A stretch of DNA of 64,000 bases from an uncultured Alphaproteobacteria bacterium (GCA_963774715.1 CAVZFX010000003.1:81824-145823); one strand, 5' to 3'. Shown: positions 22,274 to 34,388, numbered from the stretch's first letter. Notes: generated by a model not told the origin, from the letters alone. A program made the numbers and translations.

Positions 22274-23275
22274 ATGACCGCAGCCCGCTACGACGTTCTC
22301 GGCATCGGCAACGCCATTGTCGACGTGATTGCCCGCGCCGAGGAGGACTTTTTGCTCGCCCAGGGCATGCGCAAGGGCGGCATGATGCTGATCGACGAGG
22401 CCCGGGCGCATGCGATCTATGACGCGATGGGCCCGGCGGTGGAAACCTCCGGCGGTTCGGCGGCGAACACGATCGTCGGTCTTGCTTCGCTCGGCGCGCG
22501 GGCCGCCTTCATCGGCAAGACCAAGGACGATCTGCTCGGTCGCGCCTATAGCCACGATATCCGCGCCGCCGGCGTGAGCTTTACCACCAAGCCGGCGGCC
22601 GACGGTCCCTCGACCGGACGCTGCTACGTGCTGGTGACGCCCGACGGCGAGCGCACCATGAACACCTATCTCGGCGCGGCGCAGGATCTGCATCCCGCCG
22701 ATATCGATGCCGAGGCGATTGCAGGCAGCGCCGTCGTCTATCTCGAAGGCTATCTGTGGGATCCGCAGAACGCCAAGGAGGCGTTTCTCAAGGCGGCAAA
22801 AATCGCGCACGACGCCGGCCGCAAGGTCGCGCTGACCTTGTCGGACGCCTTTTGCGTCGACCGCTGGCGCGACGAGTTTCTGGGACTGATGCGCTCGCGC
22901 ACCGTCGATCTGATTTTTGCCAACGAGGCCGAGCTGCACAGCCTCTATCAAAGCTCGGATTTCGACGCCGCCATTGCCGCACTGCGTGCCGATATCGACA
23001 TCGCGGTGGTGACGCGGAGCGAAAAAGGTTGCCTCGTGGTCGGTCCCGACGACGTCGAGGCAGTGCCGGCTTTTCCGGTCGACCGCGTGGTCGACACCAC
23101 CGGGGCAGGGGACCTGTTCGCCGCCGGATTTCTTTCCGGACTGGCGCGCGGCGCCGACGACCGCACCTGCGGCAGCCTCGGCGCGCTGGCCGCCGCCGAA
23201 GTGATCCAGCATATCGGCGCGCGCCCGGAAGCGTCGCTGAAAGATTTGGCGCGTGAGAACGGCTTGCTGGATTAG
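22274..23275 (+). CDS. PfkB-family carbohydrate/adenosine kinase
   Basis: [10 protein letters not shown]-terminal motif and [14 protein letters not shown]-terminal motif. Confidence 0.9.
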   Translation: MTAARYDVLGIGNAIVDVIARAEEDFLLAQGMRKGGMMLIDEARAHAIYDAMGPAVETSGGSAANTIVGLASLGARAAFIGKTKDDLLGRAYSHDIRAAGVSFTTKPAADGPSTGRCYVLVTPDGERTMNTYLGAAQDLHPADIDAEAIAGSAVVYLEGYLWDPQNAKEAFLKAAKIAHDAGRKVALTLSDAFCVDRWRDEFLGLMRSRTVDLIFANEAELHSLYQSSDFDAAIAALRADIDIAVVTRSEKGCLVVGPDDVEAVPAFPVDRVVDTTGAGDLFAAGFLSGLARGADDRTCGSLGALAAAEVIQHIGARPEASLKDLARENGLLD

Positions 23276-23395
23276 CACGTTCGCTCGATTGCGCATTGCT
23301 ATCCGCCGGCAGCGAACGCGACGGCTCTTACGGTAACCGATTGCTAACCAAACTCGGGTTAACGACTGGTCAACCGTAATTCCGGAGATGCGACC

Positions 23396-24142
23396 ATGGC
23401 CACGAACCCCGATGACGGCGCCGCCGACAACGAGAAGGCGCATGTGAGCGCTGCCAATGGGAACGGGGACGAAGCCGTGAGCAATTTGCCGATGGTGTTG
23501 GCGCCGAAGCTCGGCGCGGGAGAAGACGAGCCGATCGAGGAAGAAGCTGGCGAGGGGACGGCAACGGCCGAGCCTCGTGCGCCGCGCGCGCACTCCTCCC
23601 GATTTCTGATGCTGGCGGGTTCGGTCGCTTTCGCCGCCGCTTTCGGATCGTTCATCGGATCGGTGTCAGGCTCAGGCTTGGTGCGGTTTCTGGATCCGGC
23701 TGCGCCGGCACCGAGCGTGCAAACCACGACGGCCGATGCGGCGCGGCAGACCAAGCTCGAGCTTGCCGAACTGACCGCCATCAGGACCAACCTCGACACC
23801 ACCAGCCGCAGCACGTCGGCGCAGTTGGTGAAGCTCTCGGACCGGCTCGACAAGCTCGATCAGCGCTCCGCCGCGATCGAGACCACCGGTTCGATCGCGA
23901 CCGCGTCGGTGGTTCCAGCCGCGCCACCTGCAGCGCCGAAAATCACCGACCGCGTGTTGCAGGATTGGATCGTGCAGGACGTGCAGAGCGGCCGCGCGCT
24001 GTTACAGAACCGCTACGGCGGCATGTTCGACGTCGGCGAGGGCAGCAACTTGCCCGGCGTCGGCCGCATCGATGCGATCAAGCGGCAGGACGGTCAGTGG
24101 CTCGTGCTGACCGAGCGCGGCACGATCACCTCGGGACGCTGA
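23396..24142 (+). CDS. Hypothetical membrane-anchored protein (acidic N-terminus, one TM, coiled-coil, small C-terminal domain)
   Basis: GGAGA RBS and coding-like codon usage. TM segment FLMLAGSVAFAAAFGSFIGSV. No family recognised. Confidence 0.6.
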   Translation: MATNPDDGAADNEKAHVSAANGNGDEAVSNLPMVLAPKLGAGEDEPIEEEAGEGTATAEPRAPRAHSSRFLMLAGSVAFAAAFGSFIGSVSGSGLVRFLDPAAPAPSVQTTTADAARQTKLELAELTAIRTNLDTTSRSTSAQLVKLSDRLDKLDQRSAAIETTGSIATASVVPAAPPAAPKITDRVLQDWIVQDVQSGRALLQNRYGGMFDVGEGSNLPGVGRIDAIKRQDGQWLVLTERGTITSGR

Positions 24143-24159
24143 ACAGCTTTAAGCCGCTC

Positions 24160-24234
24160 ATTCCCGCGAAAGCGGGAATCTAGCTGAAAATGATTGAGCT
24201 ACGGCTGAAACGCTGGATGCCGCGCTTTCGCGGG
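24160..24234. repeat. Two REP-type hairpins (ATTCCCGC-GAAA-GCGGGAAT at 24160-24179; CCGCG-CTTT-CGCGG near 24220-24234)
   Basis: Read directly. This is the 'ttcccgcgaaagcgggaat' class of intergenic palindrome. Confidence 0.65.
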
Positions 24235-24251
24235 GAGGAGCGGAGTGGGAC

Positions 24252-24371
24252 TTACATGTCGACGTTCGCCGTGAGCGCATGCGCCTCGATGAAGTCGCGG
24301 CTCGGCTCGGCCTTGTCGCCCACCAGCTCGTCGCAGATAGTGTTGGTCTAGTCGGTCTCCTTCACGCTGAC
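24252..24371 (-). pseudogene. Decayed duplicate of the last 40 codons of gyrB, with an in-frame TAG
   Basis: Hand alignment to 25087-25206 gives 97/120 identical nt with no gaps. It translates as VSVKETD*TNTICDELVGDKAEPSRDFIEAHALTANVDM*, versus [39 protein letters not shown] in the real gyrB. Confidence 0.8.
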
Positions 24372-24374
24372 GCA

Positions 24375-24515
24375 CTACTCTTTCATCTTCCTCAATTTCA
24401 TCTTATTCTTAGAGTGTTCCGTTCTTTCACGCTCTCGCAGCAGTTCTTCCATCTTCTTGCGGTAGTCCGCAGGCGGTTGCGCCTTCTTGCTCTTCGTCGC
24501 GGGTCGCTTTGCCAT
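24375..24515 (-). CDS. Small 46-aa Lys/Arg/Glu-rich ORF (MAKRPATKSKKAQPPADYRKKMEELLRERERTEHSKNKMKLRKMKE), below the ORF-track cutoff
   Basis: ATG 24515 is preceded by GGGAGGGG 5-6 nt upstream. That RBS starts right after the TAG stop of the upstream 155-aa gene, an operon-like arrangement. Confidence 0.45.
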   Translation of the reverse strand: MAKRPATKSKKAQPPADYRKKMEELLRERERTEHSKNKMKLRKMKE

Positions 24516-24526
24516 TGTGCCCCTCC

Positions 24527-24994
24527 CTAAATGGTCTTGAGTAAGATATAAACGGCGTGCAGGAAAAGTCCGGCAAAAATCAAGTATCCGGCCCAGATTA
24601 AATGCAACGCCTTGCGATCGTTGACCTTGGAATTGTGCGTGTATGCGACCGCATAGTCGGCGAGGCGAGCGTCGAAGAAATCATCGTCCTGCTGCGGGGC
24701 CTTGCCTAGATGGTGAATAAGCTCCTTCGGATCGCTGGGCACTTGGTATTGAGATATTTGAATCGACCAGAGCGACAGCAAAAATGCGGCCAGCATAGAA
24801 ACAATCATCGTCACAAAGACGAGCTTAAACGTAAGCGTATCTGGCTTTAGGTTCTGCGCCACAAACAAAATAAATGCCGAATAAAAGGTGACCAGTGAAA
24901 GATAATATTTCGCGCGGTCCTGCAACGAGGTCTGGCGCGCGTTCTCTTCATCATAAATGGACTTGAAGTACGAAAATTGTTGCTGCGTCGCCAT
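24527..24994 (-). CDS. 155-aa predicted three-TM membrane protein, no family recognised, in an AT-rich insert
   Basis: GAGGGG RBS. Hydrophobic segments are YYLSLVTFYSAFILFVAQNL, FKLVFVTMIVSMLAAFLLSLWSI and LHLIWAGYLIFAGLFLHAVYILL. Three 60-nt lines counted by hand are 42-45% GC. Confidence 0.7.
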   Translation of the reverse strand: MATQQQFSYFKSIYDEENARQTSLQDRAKYYLSLVTFYSAFILFVAQNLKPDTLTFKLVFVTMIVSMLAAFLLSLWSIQISQYQVPSDPKELIHHLGKAPQQDDDFFDARLADYAVAYTHNSKVNDRKALHLIWAGYLIFAGLFLHAVYILLKTI

Positions 24995-25022
24995 GACGAC
25001 CCCTCGAAGCCATCATGACATC

Positions 25023-25052
25023 ATTTTATGCACCGTTTGGATGCAGACTCAA
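25023..25052 (-). promoter_or_regulatory. Sigma70-like promoter candidate TTGAGT-18nt-TAAAAT for the two-gene cassette
   Basis: Read on the minus strand. The -10 lies about 29 nt upstream of ATG 24994. Pattern match only. Confidence 0.3.
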
Positions 25053-25086
25053 GATAGATCGCTCAGGCAAGGCCAATCCCTCAAGC

Positions 25087-27682
<2,596 letters not shown>

Positions 27683-27749
27683 GCCTTCGAACGGCCGCAT
27701 CGGTCAACGGTTCAGGACATCGGCAATGGCCACCCGCAGAATGGAGCGA

Positions 27750-27935
27750 TTAGATTTCGGCGCGCCGGGTTTGCGGCTTGAGCAGATGCTGGTCGCCGGG
27801 CCGGTAGTCGGGAATCGGGTGCTGGAAAGAGCCAAGCGCGGCGGCCCAAAGTTCCATGCGATCCAGGTCCTCACGCAGCCGTTCGAGGGACTCGATCAGG
27901 TTCCGCACAATCAAATCTTCTGCCGGTTCCGGCAT
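27750..27935 (-). CDS. Small hypothetical protein (61 aa) between recF and gyrB
   Basis: GAGGCG RBS about 8 nt upstream and host-like codon usage. No family recognised. Confidence 0.5.
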   Translation of the reverse strand: MPEPAEDLIVRNLIESLERLREDLDRMELWAAALGSFQHPIPDYRPGDQHLLKPQTRRAEI

Positions 27936-28076
27936 TGTCGTTCGCCTCTGTCACTTATCGGACATTTCCTGCTCCTGCAGGTTAAGAGGCTTCCTGCGCC
28001 GTTGTTCCCCGGCCGCCAGGCCGGCGGCGAAAGCAAATCTTGGCGAAGATCGGGAACCGTTCGCGCTGAAGATCTT

Positions 28077-29210
28077 TCAGGGTCGCCTCGGCTTGGCGTG
28101 GAGTTGGCCGGAACTCACTTCGATCATTTCGGCGTTGTGGCCGATCTCGGCAAACTGTGCCGGATCGGCGCCCGTCATCCACACTTGGCTACCGAGCTGT
28201 GCGAGTTCCGCATGCAGCGCGCCGCGTCGTGCCGGATCGAGATGGGCGACGACTTCGTCAAGCAGCAGAATTGGCGAGAAGCCTGTCATGTCCGCAATCA
28301 AACGGGCGTGAGCCAGCACGAGTCCGATCAGGAGCGCCTTTTGCTCGCCGGTCGAAGCGTCGGCGGCCGGGATGCCTTTGTCCGCATAGACGACCTTGAG
28401 ATCGGTCAAATGCGGGCCGTCGAGCGTGCGCCCTGCCGCCGCATCCTGGGCGCGGTTGTCGCGCAGCACCGCGCGGTAGCGTTCCTCGATCTCGGCGGCG
28501 GGGTGATCGGGGAAGAGCTGCTCCATCCAACCATCGAGTGCGATCTCGGCGGCCGGAAAGGCCGAGCCGTTGCGGTTCGCCAGACCTGCGGCAAGGCGCT
28601 GCATGGTTTCGACGCGCAATCCGGCGACCGCGACGGCGAGTTCCGCGGTCTCATGCTCGACCGCATCGAGCCAATGCGGATCGGGCCGCGGATCCTCCAA
28701 GAGCCGGTTGCGCGAGCGCAGCGACCGTTCCAGCGCGTTGACGCGGCTGCCATGCTCGGCATCGACCGCCAGCACCAGCCGATCCAGAAAGCGCCGCCGC
28801 TCCGACGGCGCACCGCTAAAGAGCGCGTCCATGGCCGGAATGAGCCAGACCACGCGCACGTGATCGGCAAAGGCCGTGGCGGAGGGTATTGGCTCGCGGT
28901 CGATCCGGTATTTGCGTAGGGTTGTCGCGCCATCCTCAAGGGGGCGCTCGATGCCGGTGCCAAGCGTGGCAAGACCCAGCGCGCCCTCAATTTCGGCGGC
29001 GACGGCCCATGAGCCGTCGCCTTCGCTGAACGCCACCTCGCCGAGGACCGCGCGGCGGAGACCGCGGCCGGGTGTGAAGAACGAAATCGCTTCGATCAGA
29101 TTGGTCTTGCCGGCGCCATTGGGGCCGACCAGGACAATGGTTTTGGCGCGGATTTCAAGCGCGGCCGCATGGTAATTGCGAAAATTGGTCAGCGTTAGTT
29201 TCAGGATCAT
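28077..29210 (-). CDS. recF: DNA replication/repair protein RecF
   Basis: Walker A GPNGAGKTNLIEAI and signature STGEQKALL. Confidence 0.95.
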   Translation of the reverse strand: MILKLTLTNFRNYHAAALEIRAKTIVLVGPNGAGKTNLIEAISFFTPGRGLRRAVLGEVAFSEGDGSWAVAAEIEGALGLATLGTGIERPLEDGATTLRKYRIDREPIPSATAFADHVRVVWLIPAMDALFSGAPSERRRFLDRLVLAVDAEHGSRVNALERSLRSRNRLLEDPRPDPHWLDAVEHETAELAVAVAGLRVETMQRLAAGLANRNGSAFPAAEIALDGWMEQLFPDHPAAEIEERYRAVLRDNRAQDAAAGRTLDGPHLTDLKVVYADKGIPAADASTGEQKALLIGLVLAHARLIADMTGFSPILLLDEVVAHLDPARRGALHAELAQLGSQVWMTGADPAQFAEIGHNAEMIEVSSGQLHAKPRRP

Positions 29211-29278
29211 CGGGTTTTCAGCAATCAGGCATCAGGAATTGAAATTCGATCCCTGTTCCCTGAATACTCTGATGCCCG

Positions 29279-30397
29279 TCAAACCCGCATCGGCATCAGC
29301 ACATAGAGCGCGCCGTGGGGGTCCTTGTCCTGGATCAGAGTCGGCGAGCCGGGATCGGCAAGCTTCAGTACGGCGGCTTCGCTCTCGATCTGAGCGGCTA
29401 TGTCGAGAAGGTAGCGCGAATTAAAGCCGATATCGATCGGATCGGCGTTGTATTCGACCTCGAGCTCCTCGTTGGCGCTGCCGGAATCGGGATTGGTTAC
29501 CGACAGCAGCAATTTCCCCGCCGTGATCGATAGTTTGACGGCGCGGCCGCGCTCACTCGACACCGTCGAGACGCGATCGACGGCCGCCTCGAATTCCTTC
29601 TTGTCGACGACAAGTTCCTTGTCGTTGGCGGCCGGGATGACGCGACCGTAATCGGGGAATGTGCCGTCGATCAACTTCGAGGTCAGGATGGTCTGACCGA
29701 TGGTGAAGCGGATTTTCCCCGCCGAAAGTTCGATCGCCACTTCGGTCTCGCCGTCTTCCATCAGCCGCTGCACTTCGCCGACCGTCTTACGCGGCACGAT
29801 GATGCCCGGCATGCCGGCGGCGCCCGTGGGCAGTTCCAGTTCCATCTGCGCCAGGCGATGGCCGTCGGTCGCCACCGCGCGCAACGTCGGTGCCTTGGCC
29901 GAGCCGGCCGCGTGCAAATAGATGCCGTTGAGATAATAGCGCGTCTCTTCGGTCGAGATCGCGAATTGCGTCTTGTCGATCAACCGCTTGAGGTCGGCGG
30001 CCTTCAGCGTGAACTTGTGCGTCATCTCGCCCGGGGCGAGATCGGGGAAGTCGCTTTCCGGCAGCGTCTGCAGGGTAAAGCGCGAACGGCCGGCGCGGAT
30101 CGACAGCGACGCGCGGTCGCCGGAGGACTCCAAAACGATCTGCGCCCCCTCCGGCAGCTTGCGCACGATGTCGAAGAACATGTGCGCCGGCACCGTCGTC
30201 GAGCCGCCGGGGCCGACTTCTGCCGCGATCGCGTCGGTGACCTCGACGTCGAGGTCGGTGGCTTTTAACGCAAGCTTGGCGCGGTCGGCGTGCAGCAGGA
30301 CATTGGCGAGGATTGGAATGGTGTTGCGGCGCTCAACCACGCGGTGCACGTGACCCAACGACTTCAGCAACTCGGAGCGCTCGACCGTGACCTTCAT
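29279..30397 (-). CDS. dnaN: DNA polymerase III beta sliding clamp
   Basis: MKVTVERSELLKSLGHVHRVVERRNTIPIL...PMRV. Lies downstream of dnaA. Start at ATG 30397. Confidence 0.95.
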   Translation of the reverse strand: MKVTVERSELLKSLGHVHRVVERRNTIPILANVLLHADRAKLALKATDLDVEVTDAIAAEVGPGGSTTVPAHMFFDIVRKLPEGAQIVLESSGDRASLSIRAGRSRFTLQTLPESDFPDLAPGEMTHKFTLKAADLKRLIDKTQFAISTEETRYYLNGIYLHAAGSAKAPTLRAVATDGHRLAQMELELPTGAAGMPGIIVPRKTVGEVQRLMEDGETEVAIELSAGKIRFTIGQTILTSKLIDGTFPDYGRVIPAANDKELVVDKKEFEAAVDRVSTVSSERGRAVKLSITAGKLLLSVTNPDSGSANEELEVEYNADPIDIGFNSRYLLDIAAQIESEAAVLKLADPGSPTLIQDKDPHGALYVLMPMRV

Positions 30398-30543
30398 CGC
30401 GAAATCCGTGGCAGAAGCGGGCCAATCCTTGGTGGATACCAAAAGTGGCGTGGTGGGACGGTTTCGGCAAGGCCGGGGCGCGCTCGACCCGGTCTTTTCC
30501 CTGGTCTTTTCACAGCTTTCGGGAACCGCGGTGGCGGCGGCAA

Positions 30544-31971
30544 TCAATCCTGAAGCTGGCGTTTGAGCGCCTCGATCTCCTCCGCGAAGGCGCTATCGTT
30601 GCCGGCGAGATTCTCGATTTTGCGCACGGCGTGCAGGACCGTGGTGTGGTCGCGCCCGCCGAAGCGGCGTCCGATTTCCGGGAGCGAGCGCAGCGTCAAA
30701 ACCTTCGCCAAATACATCGCCACCTGCCGCGGCCGCACCACATTGGCGGTGCGGCGCGACGACAACAGATCGGCGCGGCTGACGTTGTACTGGCGGGCCA
30801 CGATGCGCTGAATGTCCTCGATCCGCACCCGTTTCGGCTCGGCTGGGCGGATCAAGTCACGCATTTCGTGCTCGGCCATTTCCAGCGTCACCGGTTGGCC
30901 GGTGAGCTTGCTGTGGGCCAATAGCCGGTTGACGGCGCCTTCGAGGTCGCGGCCGTTGTGGGTGACCGATTTGGCGATGAAGGCAAGCACGGGCGCCGGC
31001 ACTTCGAAGCCGGGATGATGGCTGCGCGCGGCGGCGATCCGGCTTTTGAGGATTTCGAGCCGGAGTTCCTCGCCGAGCGAGCCGATTTCCACCACAAGCC
31101 CGCCGGCGAGCCGCGACCGCACCCGATCGTCCAGGCTTTCGAGATCGGCCGGCGGACGGTCGCTGGCGATGATCACCTGGCGGCCGGCATCGATGAGCGT
31201 ATTGAGCGTGTGGCAGAACTCGGCTTGCGTCGAGCGACCCTGCAGAAACTGCAAATCGTCAATCACCAGCACGTCGATGGCGCGCACGGCCTCCTTGAAC
31301 GCCAGCGTGGTCTGGGTGCGCAGCGCCGAGACGAAGCCGTACATGAAACGCTCGGCTGTCAGATACAGCATCTTGCGATCGCCGCCATTGTTGCCGGCCC
31401 AGGTGATTGCCTGCAGCAAATGGGTTTTGCCGAGCCCTACGGCGGCATGGGTATATAGCGGATTGAACATCAGCGGTTCGCCGCGCCGGCTGGTCGCGAC
31501 CTGTTTCGCCGCGGCGTGCGCCAGCGTGTTGGAGCGGCCGACGATGAAAGATTCGAAAGTCAGACGCGGATCCAGCGGCGAGCCACCGAGCGCCTCGTGC
31601 ACGGTTAGGAACGGCACGCCGGCGCGGTCGCTGCCGTTGACTGCCACGCCATCCCGCGTTTCGCGCGACGGCGCCAGCGGCTCGGGCGCCTTGGGCTTGG
31701 CTGCGGGAAGCTTGATGGTGGCGGAGCGAACGCTCAATTCCAGGCGCGTGATGGCGGGCTCTTCCTCCTGCCACCGGCCCAGCACCCGCTCGCTGTAGTG
31801 CGATTGAATCCAGTTGCGCAAAAAGCGCGTCGGCACCGATAGGCGCAATACGCCGTCGGCAGCGGTCTCAAGTTCCATGCGTCCGAACCAACTGGTGAAG
31901 ACGTCGTCGCCGAGTTCGGAGCGCAACCGTTCTTTAACTCGGCGCCAGCGATCCTGATCCGTGCTCGTCAT
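30544..31971 (-). CDS. dnaA: Chromosomal replication initiator DnaA
   Basis: AAA+ [21 protein letters not shown], and the C-terminal DNA-binding motif [15 protein letters not shown]. Confidence 0.97.
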   Translation of the reverse strand: MTSTDQDRWRRVKERLRSELGDDVFTSWFGRMELETAADGVLRLSVPTRFLRNWIQSHYSERVLGRWQEEEPAITRLELSVRSATIKLPAAKPKAPEPLAPSRETRDGVAVNGSDRAGVPFLTVHEALGGSPLDPRLTFESFIVGRSNTLAHAAAKQVATSRRGEPLMFNPLYTHAAVGLGKTHLLQAITWAGNNGGDRKMLYLTAERFMYGFVSALRTQTTLAFKEAVRAIDVLVIDDLQFLQGRSTQAEFCHTLNTLIDAGRQVIIASDRPPADLESLDDRVRSRLAGGLVVEIGSLGEELRLEILKSRIAAARSHHPGFEVPAPVLAFIAKSVTHNGRDLEGAVNRLLAHSKLTGQPVTLEMAEHEMRDLIRPAEPKRVRIEDIQRIVARQYNVSRADLLSSRRTANVVRPRQVAMYLAKVLTLRSLPEIGRRFGGRDHTTVLHAVRKIENLAGNDSAFAEEIEALKRQLQD

Positions 31972-32874
31972 ATCGATCCGCTTTTTTCGGAGATGGATTT
32001 ACCGGGCACGCTGGTCAGACGACCCCGCGGAGCCCGACATTGCCGGAAACGCAACTCACTGAACCGAGGCAAGCGGGTCGTAAGCGACGAGCGCCGCAGC
32101 CTGCGTAATGGGGAGTTGCGGTCAGCTGCCGGACGCGGCTCTGGGCCAATACCAACTGACGGTCGCAGCGACACTGTGATTGCGGATTGTCATCATCATG
32201 GCCCCCCACCTCCATCGCTCCCAGACTCGATGGTTATAACTGGCTCTTTGTGCAGCGCAGCTGCGTGACTTCTATCTGCGTAATATCGTTGGATCGGCGA
32301 TTGCCAATGCTAGGCTCGCCACGCTACTGACGCCACGATAAGGTCGGAACGCACGCGATTGGACACAGCTCATCCGCACCCATTCCTTGATGAGTCATCA
32401 CTAAGACCGACTTGTTGAAGACCTTCGGAAACCGAAGGGAATTGGAGGGTAGCACGCGAATGGCGGCCCGCAATACCAAAACAAGCGCGTTAATATTGGA
32501 CTTTTGCAAGCACGGGCCGGACAGCGCCTCGCTTTTGCCGCACCGGCGCGGGCAAATCATTGACTCAATGGGATGTTTTAGCCTCGGCCGACCGCAGTAA
32601 TCGGCCTGTCATCTTTCGGACTGGTGCCGCGAGCAAATAATATCGGGCACAGTCGGAATCGCGCCGACTCAAAGTCCCATCGCCCGCGTGTCCAATAAGT
32701 CTTTCATAGGCCATGAATTCTTCTGGACAGTTTTTTGGGGTAGCCGCCGCGCGACGTGACTTGAACAAATAAAAAATGGCCAGTTCGCCGTGCGGCGAAT
32801 GATCGAGAATACATTAGGCCGATCTTTGTGGTCTGACGTGACAATAATGCAACAGCTACATGGCAATCCACAAA

Positions 32875-32908
32875 TGGATCGCAGGCAAAATTGGATTGCA
32901 GGCAAAAT
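32875..32908. repeat. Tandem 17-bp direct repeat TGGAT(C/T)GCAGGCAAAAT x2, adjacent to a GCAATCCACAA DnaA-box-like site (32863-32873)
   Basis: Read directly. The two units differ at one position. Confidence 0.7.
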
Positions 32909-32938
32909 CGAAATCTTCGGCAGCAATGCCGCGTAGAA

Positions 32939-33208
32939 TTATTTTTTCTCGAGCTTGGCTATGCGTTGGGCAAGGCGAGAGACTTTTCGGCGCGCCGCAT
33001 TGCGGTGCACTATACCCTTCTGCGCGGCGCGGATAAGCGCCGGCTCGGCTTCCGCCATGGCGGCGAGCGCGCGTGAGCGGTCGCCTGCCGTGAGCGCCTC
33101 TTCGATCTTGCGCACGGCAGAACGGACGTGCGAACGCCGCGATTTATTAATGACGGTGCGGCGCGCGATCTGACGGGCGGCCTTTTTGGCGGATTTGGTG
33201 TTGGCCAT
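32939..33208 (-). CDS. rpsT: 30S ribosomal protein S20
   Basis: [26 protein letters not shown]... is canonical S20. Start at ATG 33208. Confidence 0.93.
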   Translation of the reverse strand: MANTKSAKKAARQIARRTVINKSRRSHVRSAVRKIEEALTAGDRSRALAAMAEAEPALIRAAQKGIVHRNAARRKVSRLAQRIAKLEKK

Positions 33209-33345
33209 GGACGGTCGTTTGTACACTTTTGTGAGTGAGATCGGGGCTTATAGGGGCACCCGGCCGCAGCGTCAACGCCGCACGGTGTTATCGGCGGAAT
33301 CTATGAGGCAATCGAGCGTCGCGCTCGGGATCGGGGCGTTCCCGC

Positions 33346-34239
33346 CTAGGCAACGCGTTTGGCCCGCACTGTGTCATAGCCGGCGATCACGGCGGCGCGG
33401 TCGGCCGCCGGAAACGCCGAAAGCGGCGGTTCGACGCGCGCCCAGCGGTCGTCGCCGTGGATATGGGCGAGTAGCGCTTTGACGCCAGGTACCAGTGGTT
33501 TGCCGTCGAATAGCTTGCGGATCGCGACGGCCTCGCCAAGCGCTGCGGCGTCGCCCGAGCGATAGGCTCTGGCGCAAAGGTCGGCATTGAGATTGGCGGT
33601 CGCCGAAATGCAGCCGGCAAAGGGGCCGGATCGCGCTTCCGGCAACGCCGCCTCGGTCGACGGAAAAACCTTGAAGCGCGGCAGGATGCTCGCAGCTTCC
33701 CGAGCGTAGGCCATGTCGCCGGAGGAATCTTTAAGGCCGACGATACGCTCGCCGAACGTATCGAGCAGGCGGCGGATCAGCCCGACGTGCCACGGCAGGC
33801 CCGATTGCGCGGGGAAGTGATAGAGATAGACGGGGATCGGCTGCGCCGCGGTCGCCGCGAGGATTGCATCGATATAGGCGACGAGACCGTCGTCATGGAC
33901 GCCCTTGTAATAAAATGGCGGCAGCACCAGAGCGCCGGCGAAACCGAGCTCGGCGGCATGCTTGGTCAGCGCGATGGCATCGGCCAACGCGGCCGCGCCG
34001 GTTCCGACCATCATCCGATCGAGCGGCAGGCCGGCCGCCGCGTAGGCGCTCATCACGCGGCGGCGCTGGTCGAGCGAAAACGAGGTCGCCTCGCCCGTGG
34101 TGCCGAGTACATTGAGGCCGTCGCAGCCGGTATCGAGAAGAAAGCGCGCCAGCGCTGTCGAACGGGCGCAGTCGGGTTCGCCCTTGTCATCGATGGCGGT
34201 TGCGATCGCGGCGATCACGCCGTGGAGTGTCTTGGTCAT
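33346..34239 (-). CDS. Dihydrodipicolinate synthase/N-acetylneuraminate lyase-family (class I aldolase) protein
   Basis: 297 aa. GTTGEATSFS and the PPFYYK region are typical of the DapA family. Specific function unknown. Confidence 0.85.
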   Translation of the reverse strand: MTKTLHGVIAAIATAIDDKGEPDCARSTALARFLLDTGCDGLNVLGTTGEATSFSLDQRRRVMSAYAAAGLPLDRMMVGTGAAALADAIALTKHAAELGFAGALVLPPFYYKGVHDDGLVAYIDAILAATAAQPIPVYLYHFPAQSGLPWHVGLIRRLLDTFGERIVGLKDSSGDMAYAREAASILPRFKVFPSTEAALPEARSGPFAGCISATANLNADLCARAYRSGDAAALGEAVAIRKLFDGKPLVPGVKALLAHIHGDDRWARVEPPLSAFPAADRAAVIAGYDTVRAKRVA

Positions 34240-34388
34240 GGTTGCAGCTATCGTCTAAACGGGGGCCGCGCGGCTTGCGCCGGCTGCCGATCCAGTAAAG
34301 CATACCGTGGCGATGTTCAATCGAGCGCAGTTCGTTGCCCGTCAGCGGTCTCGCGCCGGGCCGCTCCTCCGGGAATTTGGGAATTGAA

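Noticed and set aside
31972-32938. Calling this gap the chromosomal origin (oriC), or calling its GANTC content enriched.
   Set aside because: Five GANTC in about 970 bp is only slightly above the roughly four expected. I found no perfect DnaA boxes, and in many alphaproteobacteria oriC is near hemE rather than dnaA. It is kept as a hypothesis in the findings, not as a feature.
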